Shown here piece by piece: positions 37,780 to 46,581 of a stretch of 64,000 nt of DNA (position 1 is the first letter of the stretch; each line of letters begins with the position of its first letter). The notes under the pieces were generated by a model. The model searched no databases. It was not told where the DNA came from and worked only from the letters and a program-made list of their open reading frames with translations. Both the position numbers and the translations under genes were made by a program. This DNA is from Clostridiaceae bacterium (GTDB lineage: Bacteria; Bacillota; Clostridia; Oscillospirales; Acutalibacteraceae). The stretch is from assembly GCA_016292785.1 (NCBI GenBank), contig JAEDFL010000004.1:3637-67636 (forward strand), read 5' to 3'.

Positions 37780-39705
37780 TTATCTTAAATGGATTGTATC
37801 GAAGAACGAGTTTTTTGCCTTGCCTATAAGGGCGGAGATCAGAATACAGATTATGCACACTCCGACATCGGCAAAAACCGCAAGCCAGACCTGTGCAAAG
37901 CCTGCCGCACCGAGAATAAGAACAATCATCTTTATTGTAATTGCAAAAATCAGGTTGAAGCTTACAATGTTAACCGTCCTCTTAAACAGCCTGTGGGCAG
38001 GGGCGAGCTTGTCGAGGCGGTCGTTGGTGAGAATGACGTCCGCCGCTTCGCTTGCCGCCTGAGTTCCGAGTCCCATTGCAACTCCTGCGTCCGCCGATGC
38101 AAGAACGGGAGCATCGTTGATGCCGTCGCCGACATATACGACCTTGCCGTATTCGTTTTTAATCTGCTCAAGATGGCTGAGCTTTTCCTCGGGCAGAAGA
38201 TTGCAGTAGTATTCGTCAAGATTGACGGCATTGGCAACCTCGTCGGAGGCGGTTTCGTTGTCGCCCGTGAGCATAATTATATGCTCAACGCCCTGATCTC
38301 TGAGCTTTTCGACCATATCGGCAACGCCCTTTCTGAGCGCACTGCGAAGTGTGATAGTGCCGATCAGTCTGCCGTCAAGGACAACGCAGACATCGCCGTC
38401 CGTGTAATCGGGGGTTTCGATGCCCTCTGTTTCAAGCAGTCTCCTGCCGCCGCAGAGAATTTTTTTTCCGTCAAAGACAACGCTCGTTCCTCCGCCTGCA
38501 ACCTCACGGAAGTCGCTGAGATATTTTTCGTCGATCGGCGGAGCGGCTTCAACAATGCTCTTTGCTATCGGGTGTGAGGAGAAATGCTCCGCCGCCGCCG
38601 CAAGAGTTAAAATCTGATCCTCGGAGAATTTGCTCATCGGAGTGACCTTGCTGACCTCAAACGAACCTGTTGTGAGCGTGCCCGTCTTGTCAAAAACAAA
38701 GGTTTTAGCCTTTGCAAAGGCTTCGATGAACACCGAGCCTTTGACGATTACGCCGTCCTTTGCCGCCGTGCCGATACCCGTATAGAAGCCGAGAGGGATA
38801 GAAATTACTATGGCGCACGGACAGGAAGCAACAAGGAATATCAGCGCACGCTTTATCCAAGAGGCAGGATCTTTTGTTGCGATCGAGCCGATAACCGCTA
38901 AAAGAACGGCGATGATAACAACAATCGGGGTGTAGTATTTTGCAAATCTTGTAATGAATTTCTGGACATTACCCTTTCTTTCGGCGGCATCCTCAACCAT
39001 TTTGACGATCCTTGAAGCGGTCGAATTGCTGAAAAGCTCGGTTGTGACAACGGTTACGCTGTCCTTTCCGTTTATCATACCGCTCTTGACCTCAACGCCC
39101 TTGCCGAGGGTGATCGGCTTGCTTTCGCCGGTGATCGCCGAAGCGTCGGCGGTTGAAATACCCGAAAAAACAACTCCGTCAATCGGAAAACGTTCATAGG
39201 GAAGAACTGTGATTTTTGATCCTACCGGCACCTCGTCGGCATGAACCTTTTGCGTTGAGCCGTCCTCAAGGACGAGATGAGCAAAATCCTGCTGGATTTT
39301 TGAAACCGAATCTATCGACTTGCGGCTGTTTTCAACCGCTCTGTCCTCTATCATTTCGCCTACCCGGTAGAGAATTGCAACCAGTGCGGCGTCCCTAAGC
39401 TCGCCGATACAGCAGGCGGCAATTACGGAGATGATCATCAGCTCGACCTCGGTAAATCTGCGCTCCTTAATATCGTCATAAACCGTGAAAACCAGCGGAT
39501 AAGCGGCAAGCGCAACGGCGGCAATACCGATTATCGTTGCCGCAACGGGCAGAGCTTTCAAAAACAGTTCGACCGCAACAAGAGCCGCCGAAACACCGAG
39601 CAGGATTTTGGAGAGCTTGTTTTCCTCCTTTTCCTCATGGTCGTGAGCGCAGCTTCCGCAGCATCCGCCGCAGCTTGAGTGACTGTCGTGAGAGTGTTCA
39701 GACAT
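37780..39705 (-). CDS. heavy-metal translocating P1B-type ATPase (Cd/Zn/Co type likely)
   Basis: His/Cys-rich N-terminus MSEHSHDSHSSCGGCCGSCAHDHEE. The CPC motif in TM6 (VASCPCAIV), DKTGTLT and GDGINDAP. Confidence 0.9.
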   Translation of the reverse strand: MSEHSHDSHSSCGGCCGSCAHDHEEKEENKLSKILLGVSAALVAVELFLKALPVAATIIGIAAVALAAYPLVFTVYDDIKERRFTEVELMIISVIAACCIGELRDAALVAILYRVGEMIEDRAVENSRKSIDSVSKIQQDFAHLVLEDGSTQKVHADEVPVGSKITVLPYERFPIDGVVFSGISTADASAITGESKPITLGKGVEVKSGMINGKDSVTVVTTELFSNSTASRIVKMVEDAAERKGNVQKFITRFAKYYTPIVVIIAVLLAVIGSIATKDPASWIKRALIFLVASCPCAIVISIPLGFYTGIGTAAKDGVIVKGSVFIEAFAKAKTFVFDKTGTLTTGSFEVSKVTPMSKFSEDQILTLAAAAEHFSSHPIAKSIVEAAPPIDEKYLSDFREVAGGGTSVVFDGKKILCGGRRLLETEGIETPDYTDGDVCVVLDGRLIGTITLRSALRKGVADMVEKLRDQGVEHIIMLTGDNETASDEVANAVNLDEYYCNLLPEEKLSHLEQIKNEYGKVVYVGDGINDAPVLASADAGVAMGLGTQAASEAADVILTNDRLDKLAPAHRLFKRTVNIVSFNLIFAITIKMIVLILGAAGFAQVWLAVFADVGVCIICILISALIGKAKNSFFDTIHLR

Positions 39706-40075
39706 TTAACATTCCTCCTTTGTGTAAAACGTGCGCCAGACCTGCGCCGAAGATTTCCTCAACGTGTTCGTCGTCGAGGGAATAATAGCTTTCCTTGCCG
39801 TCCTTACGGGGACGGACAAGACCTGCGCTCCTGAGTATGCGGAGCTGGTGAGAGATTGCACTCTGTCCCATATTCAGCTTTTCCGAGAGGTGATATACGC
39901 ACATTTCGCCGTCCATCAGGGCGGAAATTATCCTTATCCTTGTGCTGTCTCCGAAAACCTTGAAAACCTCGGCAAGATCGTAGAGAACGTCGTCGCTGAC
40001 CTCGGTTTTCGCAACCTTACGGTTACAGCCGTCATGCGGACAGGCTTTGCAGCCCGTTTTTTTTTTGTCTTCCAT
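39698..40075 (-). CDS. ArsR/SmtB-family metalloregulatory repressor
   Basis: Winged-helix segment LMDGEMCVYHLSEKLNMGQSAISHQLRILRSAGLV. N-terminal Cys/His cluster CKACPHDGC. It overlaps the ATPase start by 8 nt. Confidence 0.85.
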   Translation of the reverse strand: MEDKKKTGCKACPHDGCNRKVAKTEVSDDVLYDLAEVFKVFGDSTRIRIISALMDGEMCVYHLSEKLNMGQSAISHQLRILRSAGLVRPRKDGKESYYSLDDEHVEEIFGAGLAHVLHKGGMLNV

Positions 40076-40100
40076 TTATTTCACCTGCATTATCAGATTA

Positions 40101-40124
40101 ACATATGAATAGATGTTCATTTGT
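40101..40124. promoter_or_regulatory. candidate ArsR/SmtB operator (11-2-11 inverted repeat)
   Basis: In ACATATGAATA-GA-TGTTCATTTGT the arms match at 9 of 11 positions. The TGAAxA..TGTTCA core resembles SmtB/CzrA-type 12-2-12 operators. It lies 26 nt upstream of the repressor start codon. Confidence 0.55.
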
Positions 40125-40414
40125 TGTTATCATTATATTCGCATAGTAATGTTTTGTCAACAGTTTTTTATTATTTTTTGAAAAAATTTTTTGAAAATTT
40201 TCTTTCGGGCACAGCATTAAAGCGCCGCATAATAAACCCTCAAAGAAAATATTTTTCTCTTTTAAGTCAAATCTTTAACAAACGCTTGAAATGCGTTTAA
40301 TTTTAATATATAATTAAACTAAATAATAATGCTCACGCTTACAGGCGGATAATTTTCGGAAATAATAAGTCTGCCGTGACGCGGACTTATGAGGATAAAA
40401 GGAGGATAAACCTT

Positions 40415-41725
40415 ATGAATGAAAACTTCAGCTACAAAATGAAGCTGACAGACGAGGAAAAAGACATTCTTCACGGCTCTAAGGGCGAAGTAATGGCGAA
40501 AGTTATGAAAACTCTCGTTCTTTACGGCGACGCTTTCGGTGCGGAAAAATTTGTTCCCGTAAACGGCAAAGGTCACCTTGTTACAAGCTTCGGTATCTCT
40601 GTTCTCAAGCCTGTGTTCTCCATTATGGACGAACTCATCAAGGGCGGTCTCAAGGTTGACGAGGGCTTTACCGTCGATCCCAGACCTATCGACTATGCCA
40701 ACGTTAAGTGCAATCCGCTCCAGAAGCTGATCTTTAACAAGATCCTTTACGGTATGCAGGATTCCTATGAGGTACAGCTCAACAAGCTCGGTCTCAGGAG
40801 TGACAAATCCTTCACCTGCGCCTGCTATTTTGACGAGGTAGGCAACACACCCAAGAAGGGCGATATCCTTTCATGGGCAGAAAGCTCGGCGGTTGTTTTT
40901 GCAAACTCCGTTCTCGGCGCAAGATGTAACCGTAACTCAGGTATCATCGAGCTTTTCGGCTCAATTCTCGGCAAGGTTCCCGAATTTGATCTCCTTACGG
41001 ACGAGGGCAGAAAGGCAAAGTGGGTTATCGAGGTAAAGACTACCAAGATCCCCGAAGCTCAGGTTCTCGGCTCGGCAATAGGTATGAAGGTTATGGAGGA
41101 CGTTCCCTACGTCAAGGGACTTGACAAGTGGATCGGCACAGAGCTTACCGACGACGCCAAGGCTTATCTCAAGGATTTCGGTGCGGCTACCGCTTCCAAC
41201 GGCGCAGTCGGACTTTATCACATTGACAACCTCACTCCCGAAGCTGTTGAGCTTGGCGAAAGCCTCATCGCCGACGGCGCAAAGACATACGTTATCGACG
41301 ACGCAGAGCTTGAAAGAGTTTACAAGAACTATCCCGTTATGTGGAAGGATAAGAATTCCGCTCCCAAGCTTTGCTTCATCGGCTGTCCTCACCTTTCATA
41401 TGCACAGCTCGGCGAGTGGACGGAGAGATTTGAAAACGAGCTTAAAAAGCAGGGCAAGACAAAGGTTGGTCTTCGCACGGTTATGACGACCGCACCCGAG
41501 GTTCTCGACAGATTTAAGAAAGAGAACAGCGCCGCTTACAACAAGCTTGTCGGCTTCGGCATCAACATCTCCTGCATCTGTCCTCTCATGTATATGAACA
41601 ATCCGCTTTGCGGCGGCGACACGAGCAACGTTATCACCTGCTCGAACAAGCTTCGTACATATACAACCGCACGCTATTTCACAACTGACGATATCACCAA
41701 GATCGCTGTCAAGGGAGGTTTTTGA
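40415..41725 (+). CDS. aconitase X catalytic subunit (DUF521 family)
   Basis: Start at MNENFSYKMKLTDEEKDILHGSKGEVMAKVMKTLV (AAAGGAGG RBS). This is the typical AcnX large-subunit N-terminus (L.deE...L.G..G...). Confidence 0.8.
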   Translation: MNENFSYKMKLTDEEKDILHGSKGEVMAKVMKTLVLYGDAFGAEKFVPVNGKGHLVTSFGISVLKPVFSIMDELIKGGLKVDEGFTVDPRPIDYANVKCNPLQKLIFNKILYGMQDSYEVQLNKLGLRSDKSFTCACYFDEVGNTPKKGDILSWAESSAVVFANSVLGARCNRNSGIIELFGSILGKVPEFDLLTDEGRKAKWVIEVKTTKIPEAQVLGSAIGMKVMEDVPYVKGLDKWIGTELTDDAKAYLKDFGAATASNGAVGLYHIDNLTPEAVELGESLIADGAKTYVIDDAELERVYKNYPVMWKDKNSAPKLCFIGCPHLSYAQLGEWTERFENELKKQGKTKVGLRTVMTTAPEVLDRFKKENSAAYNKLVGFGINISCICPLMYMNNPLCGGDTSNVITCSNKLRTYTTARYFTTDDITKIAVKGGF

Positions 41726-41727
41726 TT

Positions 41728-42192
41728 ATGAGCAAGACATTCAAAGGACGTCCTGTTGTAGCAGGCACAATCAATAAGGGCGAGGCCGTTGTTTCTCATA
41801 ACGGCGTAAACACTCTGGCAACGTTCCAGAAGACAGCCCTTCTTCACGATATTCCCCTTATCGGTAAGGACGAGGTTATCGGCTCCGACCAGAACAACCC
41901 CGATGTATTCGGCAAAAATCTGACAGGTAAGGTGCTTTGTCTTCCGCAGACTATCGGCTCAACAACGGGCGGAATGGTTCTCTACACCGTCTGCGCTCTG
42001 AATATGGCTCCGTCGGCAATGCTTTTCTCTCTGCCGATCGACTCTCTTGCGGCGGCAGGCGTTATCCTCTCCGACGTATGGACGGATAACACGATCGTTG
42101 CCGTTGACTCTCTGGGCGACGAGTTCCTCAGCGCTGTCAAGGACGGCGACAAGATCACCGTTAAAGAGGACGGAACCGTCATCGTTGAATAA
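41728..42192 (+). CDS. aconitase X swivel-domain subunit (DUF126 family)
   Basis: MSKTFKGRPVVAGTINKGEAVVS...LCLPQTIGSTTGGMVL matches the small AcnX subunit pattern. It sits immediately downstream of the large subunit. Confidence 0.8.
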   Translation: MSKTFKGRPVVAGTINKGEAVVSHNGVNTLATFQKTALLHDIPLIGKDEVIGSDQNNPDVFGKNLTGKVLCLPQTIGSTTGGMVLYTVCALNMAPSAMLFSLPIDSLAAAGVILSDVWTDNTIVAVDSLGDEFLSAVKDGDKITVKEDGTVIVE

Positions 42193-42262
42193 TTTTTGAT
42201 TTTCCGGGCTGACGGCAGGAGGGCGACTTTCTGCCTCAGCTCTTATTTTTTCGGAGGACTTT

Positions 42263-42913
42263 ATGGCAAACATCAGAATTGACAATGCTTCCGAGGACGC
42301 TCTTAACGTTGAGCTTGACGGAAAGGAATATTATATTTCCGAGGACGAAAGCCTCACCGTGCCGAATGTCGAAAAAGGCGCACACCGCCTTTCCGTTTTC
42401 AGGACGAAGCGTGTCACTGCCAACGACGGAAAAAAAGAGGACGGCGACCCGACCGCAAAGCTTTCAAGGGACGAAGAAAGCCAGTATGTTCGGCTGAAAA
42501 GCCTGTTAGTAATTGAAATCAATTCCTCAAAGTCCGTCTGGACGGTCAGGCAAAAATCTCTGCTGACGGAAAAAACGGGAGTGGACGCCCTGTTTTCGGG
42601 CTGTGAGGTCGAGGTCGGCGGCGGAAGAATTGTTGAAGAAAAACAGAGCTTTGCCGACGAAAAATCAAGGAAAAGCTTCCTAAAAAAACAGTTGAAAAAT
42701 GCATTTTTCCCTATCGGATTAGGAATAATCATCTTCACCGCAGTTTTTCTTTTTGCCCTCGCCGCCAACATTTCGGGCGATCCGATCACTCTCGGCGGCA
42801 GAGAATTCACCTATCCGTGGACCTTCGGTCTTTTGGCAATCGACCTTGTTTTTATAGTATATTTCACGTTGATGATAGTGAATATAATTTCAACCTTAAA
42901 GAAATACAAGTAG
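42263..42913 (+). CDS. hypothetical protein with two C-terminal TM helices
   Basis: 216-aa ORF with a GGAGG RBS. The N-terminal part is soluble and beta-rich, and there are two hydrophobic helices near the C-terminus. I recognise no family. Confidence 0.6.
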   Translation: MANIRIDNASEDALNVELDGKEYYISEDESLTVPNVEKGAHRLSVFRTKRVTANDGKKEDGDPTAKLSRDEESQYVRLKSLLVIEINSSKSVWTVRQKSLLTEKTGVDALFSGCEVEVGGGRIVEEKQSFADEKSRKSFLKKQLKNAFFPIGLGIIIFTAVFLFALAANISGDPITLGGREFTYPWTFGLLAIDLVFIVYFTLMIVNIISTLKKYK

Positions 42914-43024
42914 AAAAAGGCGGTTTGCTCCGTCTTTTTTCTTTTAAAAAATTTGTCGATTTCAAGTATACATTTCTCCGAGGATATGTTATAATAAATG
43001 AAAAATTCAAAAAGGAGAGTAGTA

Positions 43025-45142
43025 ATGAAAAAGCGTATTTTATCAATTTTACTGGTTGTTTTTCTGACGGTCAGCTTTTCATTGCCCTCTTTTGCGGCGA
43101 CGGCATTGAAAATTACGGGAGCGACCTCCCCGACGGTTTTGAAACAGGGCGATCCGTTTGTGGCTGAGGGAGTCATAACATCGGACTGCGATATTCTCAA
43201 GGTCGTTATCGGAGTTTACAACTCAAGCGGCAAGGCTGAGTTTGAATACACGGGACTGCCCGGTGAAACGAGATATGACATCAGCAATGTTGACTATCTG
43301 CTGACCTTTTCCAAGCTCCCGACAGGAACCTTCACCTATAAGATCGTTGCAACGGACGAGAAAAGCTCAAATGTCGTTCTGCTGAACAAGAGCTTTACCG
43401 TAAACACCACAGGAAAAACAAGCACGCTGAAAATAACAAATGCAAATTATCCGACCACGCTTGCCCAGGGTGAGGGGTACTCGGTCAAGGGAACTGTTTC
43501 TTCGGATTACAATATTACAAAGGTCGTTTTCGGCGCATACAATTCAAACGGAACAAAGGGCTTTGAATACACGGCAACGCCGAACGCAAAGAGCTTTGAC
43601 ATCAGCTCCGTTGATTACAGCCTTACCTTTTCAAAGCTTGCCGCAGGAACTTATACATATAAGATAACGGCGAGCGACACAGCGGTTTCAAACGTTGTCC
43701 TGCTTGAGAAGAGCTTCACCGTTACGGGAGCTGCAAGCTCAAGCACCCTGAAGCTTACTAACGCCAACTACCCAACGGAGGTATTCTACGGCGAGGGCTT
43801 CTCCGTGACGGGAGTTGTCACTTCAAGCTATAATATTTCCAAGGTCGTTATCGGCGCATACAATATCAACGGAACGGTCGGTTTTGAATATACCGCAACT
43901 CCGGGAACGACCAGATACGATATCAGCTCCGTCGATTATCTGCTTACGTTTTCCAAGCTCAGCGTCGGAACATACACATACAAAATCACAGCGACCGACT
44001 CCAAAAGCTCAAACGTTGTTCTGCTGAACAAATCATTTAATGTCACGTCAAAAAGCAGTTCATCAATCAATCTTAAAAAGGTCAATTGGGACGTTGTTGA
44101 TATTTCATACTGGAACACGATCAACTCATGGTCGAGAATGGCGGCAAACCTTGATGCGATCATTCTCAGAATTGGCTTCACTTACACCTCAAGTAAAAAG
44201 ATGTCCGAGGATTCGAGCTTCTCAAGCTTTTATTCAAATGCCAAGAGCAACGGAATACCTGTCGGATGTTACTATTTCAGCGCGGCAACGACCGTCAGCG
44301 AAGCCGAAGCCGAAGCGGATTTTGTAATCAGCCTGCTTAAAAAATATAACTGTCAGATGGAAATGCCGATTTATTATGACCTCGAAACCGAGGATCAGGT
44401 TGATCTCAGCCAGTCGGCTTGTACGGAGATCGCAAAAGCTTTCTGCAACAAACTTTCCCAAGCGGGCTGGTATGTCGGTATCTACTGCAATAAATATTTC
44501 GCAAGAGATGAGCTTTACGCTTCAGAGCTTTCGGATCGTCCATTCTGGATTGCAGAGTACAATTCAAGCTGTACCTACAACGGCGAATACGGTATGTGGC
44601 AGTACAGCGAGTCGGGCGATCCTCCGGGGATTGACTATCCCTGCGATATGAACATCTGCTACTACGACTATCCGTCCTATATCAAGGGAAACGGTCTCAA
44701 CGGCTTTAAGCCGGTGGCGGTCGGCAATCCTAAATTTGAGCTTATTACGGGCGAAAACCTGTCATACAGCGAAAAGGACAAGGAGATTTATCTCCGAAAC
44801 GATCCGGGACTTACAAAGGAACAGTTCATAGCAAAGTATGTCAAGGTTCAGGATATGAATATCATAATGGCTGTTCTTACTTCCGACGGGAAGGTTGCAA
44901 CCGGCACGGTGCTTCAGGCAAAAACGACAGGAATCGGCTACGGTCCTTACGGAATATGCCTGATCGGAGATATTAACTGCGATTCGAAGATCAATTCATC
45001 CGACGCTCTTGCAATACTCAATCATTCAGTCGGTGCGGCTCCTCTCGAAGGTTATCGGCTGACTTCCGCCGACTGGAACGGGGACTCAAAGGTCAATTCT
45101 GCCGACGCTCTTGCGGTACTCAATTTCTCTGTTTCGAGGTGA
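43025..45142 (+). CDS. secreted GH25 muramidase (lysozyme) with three N-terminal tandem Ig-like repeats and a C-terminal dockerin
   Basis: Signal peptide MKKRILSILLVVFLTVSFSLPSFA. GH25 pattern VDISYWN...AIILRIGFTY...GIPVGCYYFS...PIYYDLE. Dockerin duplicated Ca-binding segments GDINCDSKINSSDALAILNHSV and DWNGDSKVNSADALAVLNFSV. Confidence 0.85.
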   Translation: MKKRILSILLVVFLTVSFSLPSFAATALKITGATSPTVLKQGDPFVAEGVITSDCDILKVVIGVYNSSGKAEFEYTGLPGETRYDISNVDYLLTFSKLPTGTFTYKIVATDEKSSNVVLLNKSFTVNTTGKTSTLKITNANYPTTLAQGEGYSVKGTVSSDYNITKVVFGAYNSNGTKGFEYTATPNAKSFDISSVDYSLTFSKLAAGTYTYKITASDTAVSNVVLLEKSFTVTGAASSSTLKLTNANYPTEVFYGEGFSVTGVVTSSYNISKVVIGAYNINGTVGFEYTATPGTTRYDISSVDYLLTFSKLSVGTYTYKITATDSKSSNVVLLNKSFNVTSKSSSSINLKKVNWDVVDISYWNTINSWSRMAANLDAIILRIGFTYTSSKKMSEDSSFSSFYSNAKSNGIPVGCYYFSAATTVSEAEAEADFVISLLKKYNCQMEMPIYYDLETEDQVDLSQSACTEIAKAFCNKLSQAGWYVGIYCNKYFARDELYASELSDRPFWIAEYNSSCTYNGEYGMWQYSESGDPPGIDYPCDMNICYYDYPSYIKGNGLNGFKPVAVGNPKFELITGENLSYSEKDKEIYLRNDPGLTKEQFIAKYVKVQDMNIIMAVLTSDGKVATGTVLQAKTTGIGYGPYGICLIGDINCDSKINSSDALAILNHSVGAAPLEGYRLTSADWNGDSKVNSADALAVLNFSVSR
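43103..44060 (+). repeat. three in-frame tandem repeats of ~318 bp (~106 aa) inside the GH25 gene
   Basis: The units begin ALKITGATSPTVL, TLKITNANYPTTL and TLKLTNANYPTEV. Each ends in ...YTYKI.A.D..SSNVVLL.KSF.V. The copies are diverged, at roughly half identical residues. Confidence 0.85.
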
Positions 45143-45148
45143 CAATTT

Positions 45149-45850
45149 ATGAAGATCGGTATTTTTACGGACTCACACTACTGTGATCTGGAGCTTCTCG
45201 AAAGGGACAGAAAGCCCAGATATGCTTACTCTGCGGTCAAAAGAGCCTTTGACGATTTTAAAGCGCAGGGTGTTGAAATTGCGGTTTGCCTCGGCGATAT
45301 CGTTCATTTCCACAACGGCACTCAGGAAAGCATCAGGCATTTGAAAAAAATCTCCGAGCTGATAAATTCCTATGGGATTCCCACCTTTCACTGTATGGGA
45401 AATCACGACAACGAGGTCATAAGTCCCGAGGATTTTGCCAAAGTAACGGGCTTCGGCGTTGCTCCCACTGTGGCGGAAAACGATGAGGTCAGGCTTGTCT
45501 TTCTCGATGCGTCCTACACTCCCGAGGGGGAGCCTTACGGCAGGATTGATGTCGATTGGACACGGAGCCTCGTCCCCGAAAAGGAGCTTCGCTGGCTCGA
45601 CTCACAGCTTGACACTCCTAAGCGCACGGCGGTATTTATTCACCAGAATATTGACACAAATGTCGAAAGCCGACACATTGTTTCAAATGCGGACGAGGTG
45701 AACAGGATAATCGCAAAGCACTCGGTCACCCATGTTTATCAGGGGCATTATCACTACGGTGCTCAGAATGTCATCAACGGCATACCGTACACCACTCTCA
45801 GAGCGATTTGCCTTGAGGAAGATAAGAACTATTTGATAACAGAGGTCTGA
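45149..45850 (+). CDS. cytoplasmic calcineurin-like metallophosphoesterase
   Basis: FTDSHY, LGDIVH, GNHDN and QGHYH motifs. No signal peptide. It lies 6 nt after the GH25 stop. Confidence 0.8.
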   Translation: MKIGIFTDSHYCDLELLERDRKPRYAYSAVKRAFDDFKAQGVEIAVCLGDIVHFHNGTQESIRHLKKISELINSYGIPTFHCMGNHDNEVISPEDFAKVTGFGVAPTVAENDEVRLVFLDASYTPEGEPYGRIDVDWTRSLVPEKELRWLDSQLDTPKRTAVFIHQNIDTNVESRHIVSNADEVNRIIAKHSVTHVYQGHYHYGAQNVINGIPYTTLRAICLEEDKNYLITEV

Positions 45851-45853
45851 CAT

Positions 45854-46513
45854 ATGTCTTTTGAGGAGATAATACATTTTGTGTTTGAGATGGTGGGTAC
45901 TGTCGCTTTCGCAATTTCGGGTGCGATGATCGCCATCAAAAAGAGGGTAGATATTTTCGGCGTTATAGTTCTCAGCTCTATGACGGCACTCGGCGGAGGA
46001 ATTGTCCGAGATATACTGATCGGTCATCTGCCGCCTACAATGTTTTCCGATTACCGTTACGTCCTTGCGGCTGTCGTAACCTCGGTCGTTGTTTTCATCG
46101 TTGCCTATATTTTCCGAGATCTTTACCGTCGCAGTGAAAGCACCGTTGATGCGGTCAACAACATTTTTGATGCGCTCGGACTGGGTATCTTTACGGTCAT
46201 GGGCGCAAAGGTGGCGATCGAGTCGGGCTTTACAGTCAACGGAATACTCGTTGTCTGTCTTGCGGTCATAACGGGCGTCGGCGGCGGAATTATCCGTGAT
46301 ATTATGCTCAAGGAAATCCCGTTCGTTCTGAAAAAAAGAATATACGCCGTCGCCTCGATACTCGGAGGAACAGCGTATCATCTGATGTATGTCAACAATG
46401 TCAACATCAGAGTTGCAACCGTTGTTGCCGTGCTGATCGTTTTCACGGTCAGAATAATTGCAACCGTGTTCAAGCTTGATCTCCCAAAGATAAAATACCC
46501 GCAGGAAAATTGA
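45854..46513 (+). CDS. trimeric intracellular cation channel (TRIC / UPF0126) family membrane protein
   Basis: Two internal repeats, each carrying the glycine motif (LGGGIVRDIL and GVGGGIIRDIM). About seven TM segments. Confidence 0.8.
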   Translation: MSFEEIIHFVFEMVGTVAFAISGAMIAIKKRVDIFGVIVLSSMTALGGGIVRDILIGHLPPTMFSDYRYVLAAVVTSVVVFIVAYIFRDLYRRSESTVDAVNNIFDALGLGIFTVMGAKVAIESGFTVNGILVVCLAVITGVGGGIIRDIMLKEIPFVLKKRIYAVASILGGTAYHLMYVNNVNIRVATVVAVLIVFTVRIIATVFKLDLPKIKYPQEN

Positions 46514-46581
46514 ACAATTCTGAATATTTCAGCCTCCTCTCGCAGATGCAAGGGGAGGCTTTTGTCTGTATTCGTTTTAGG

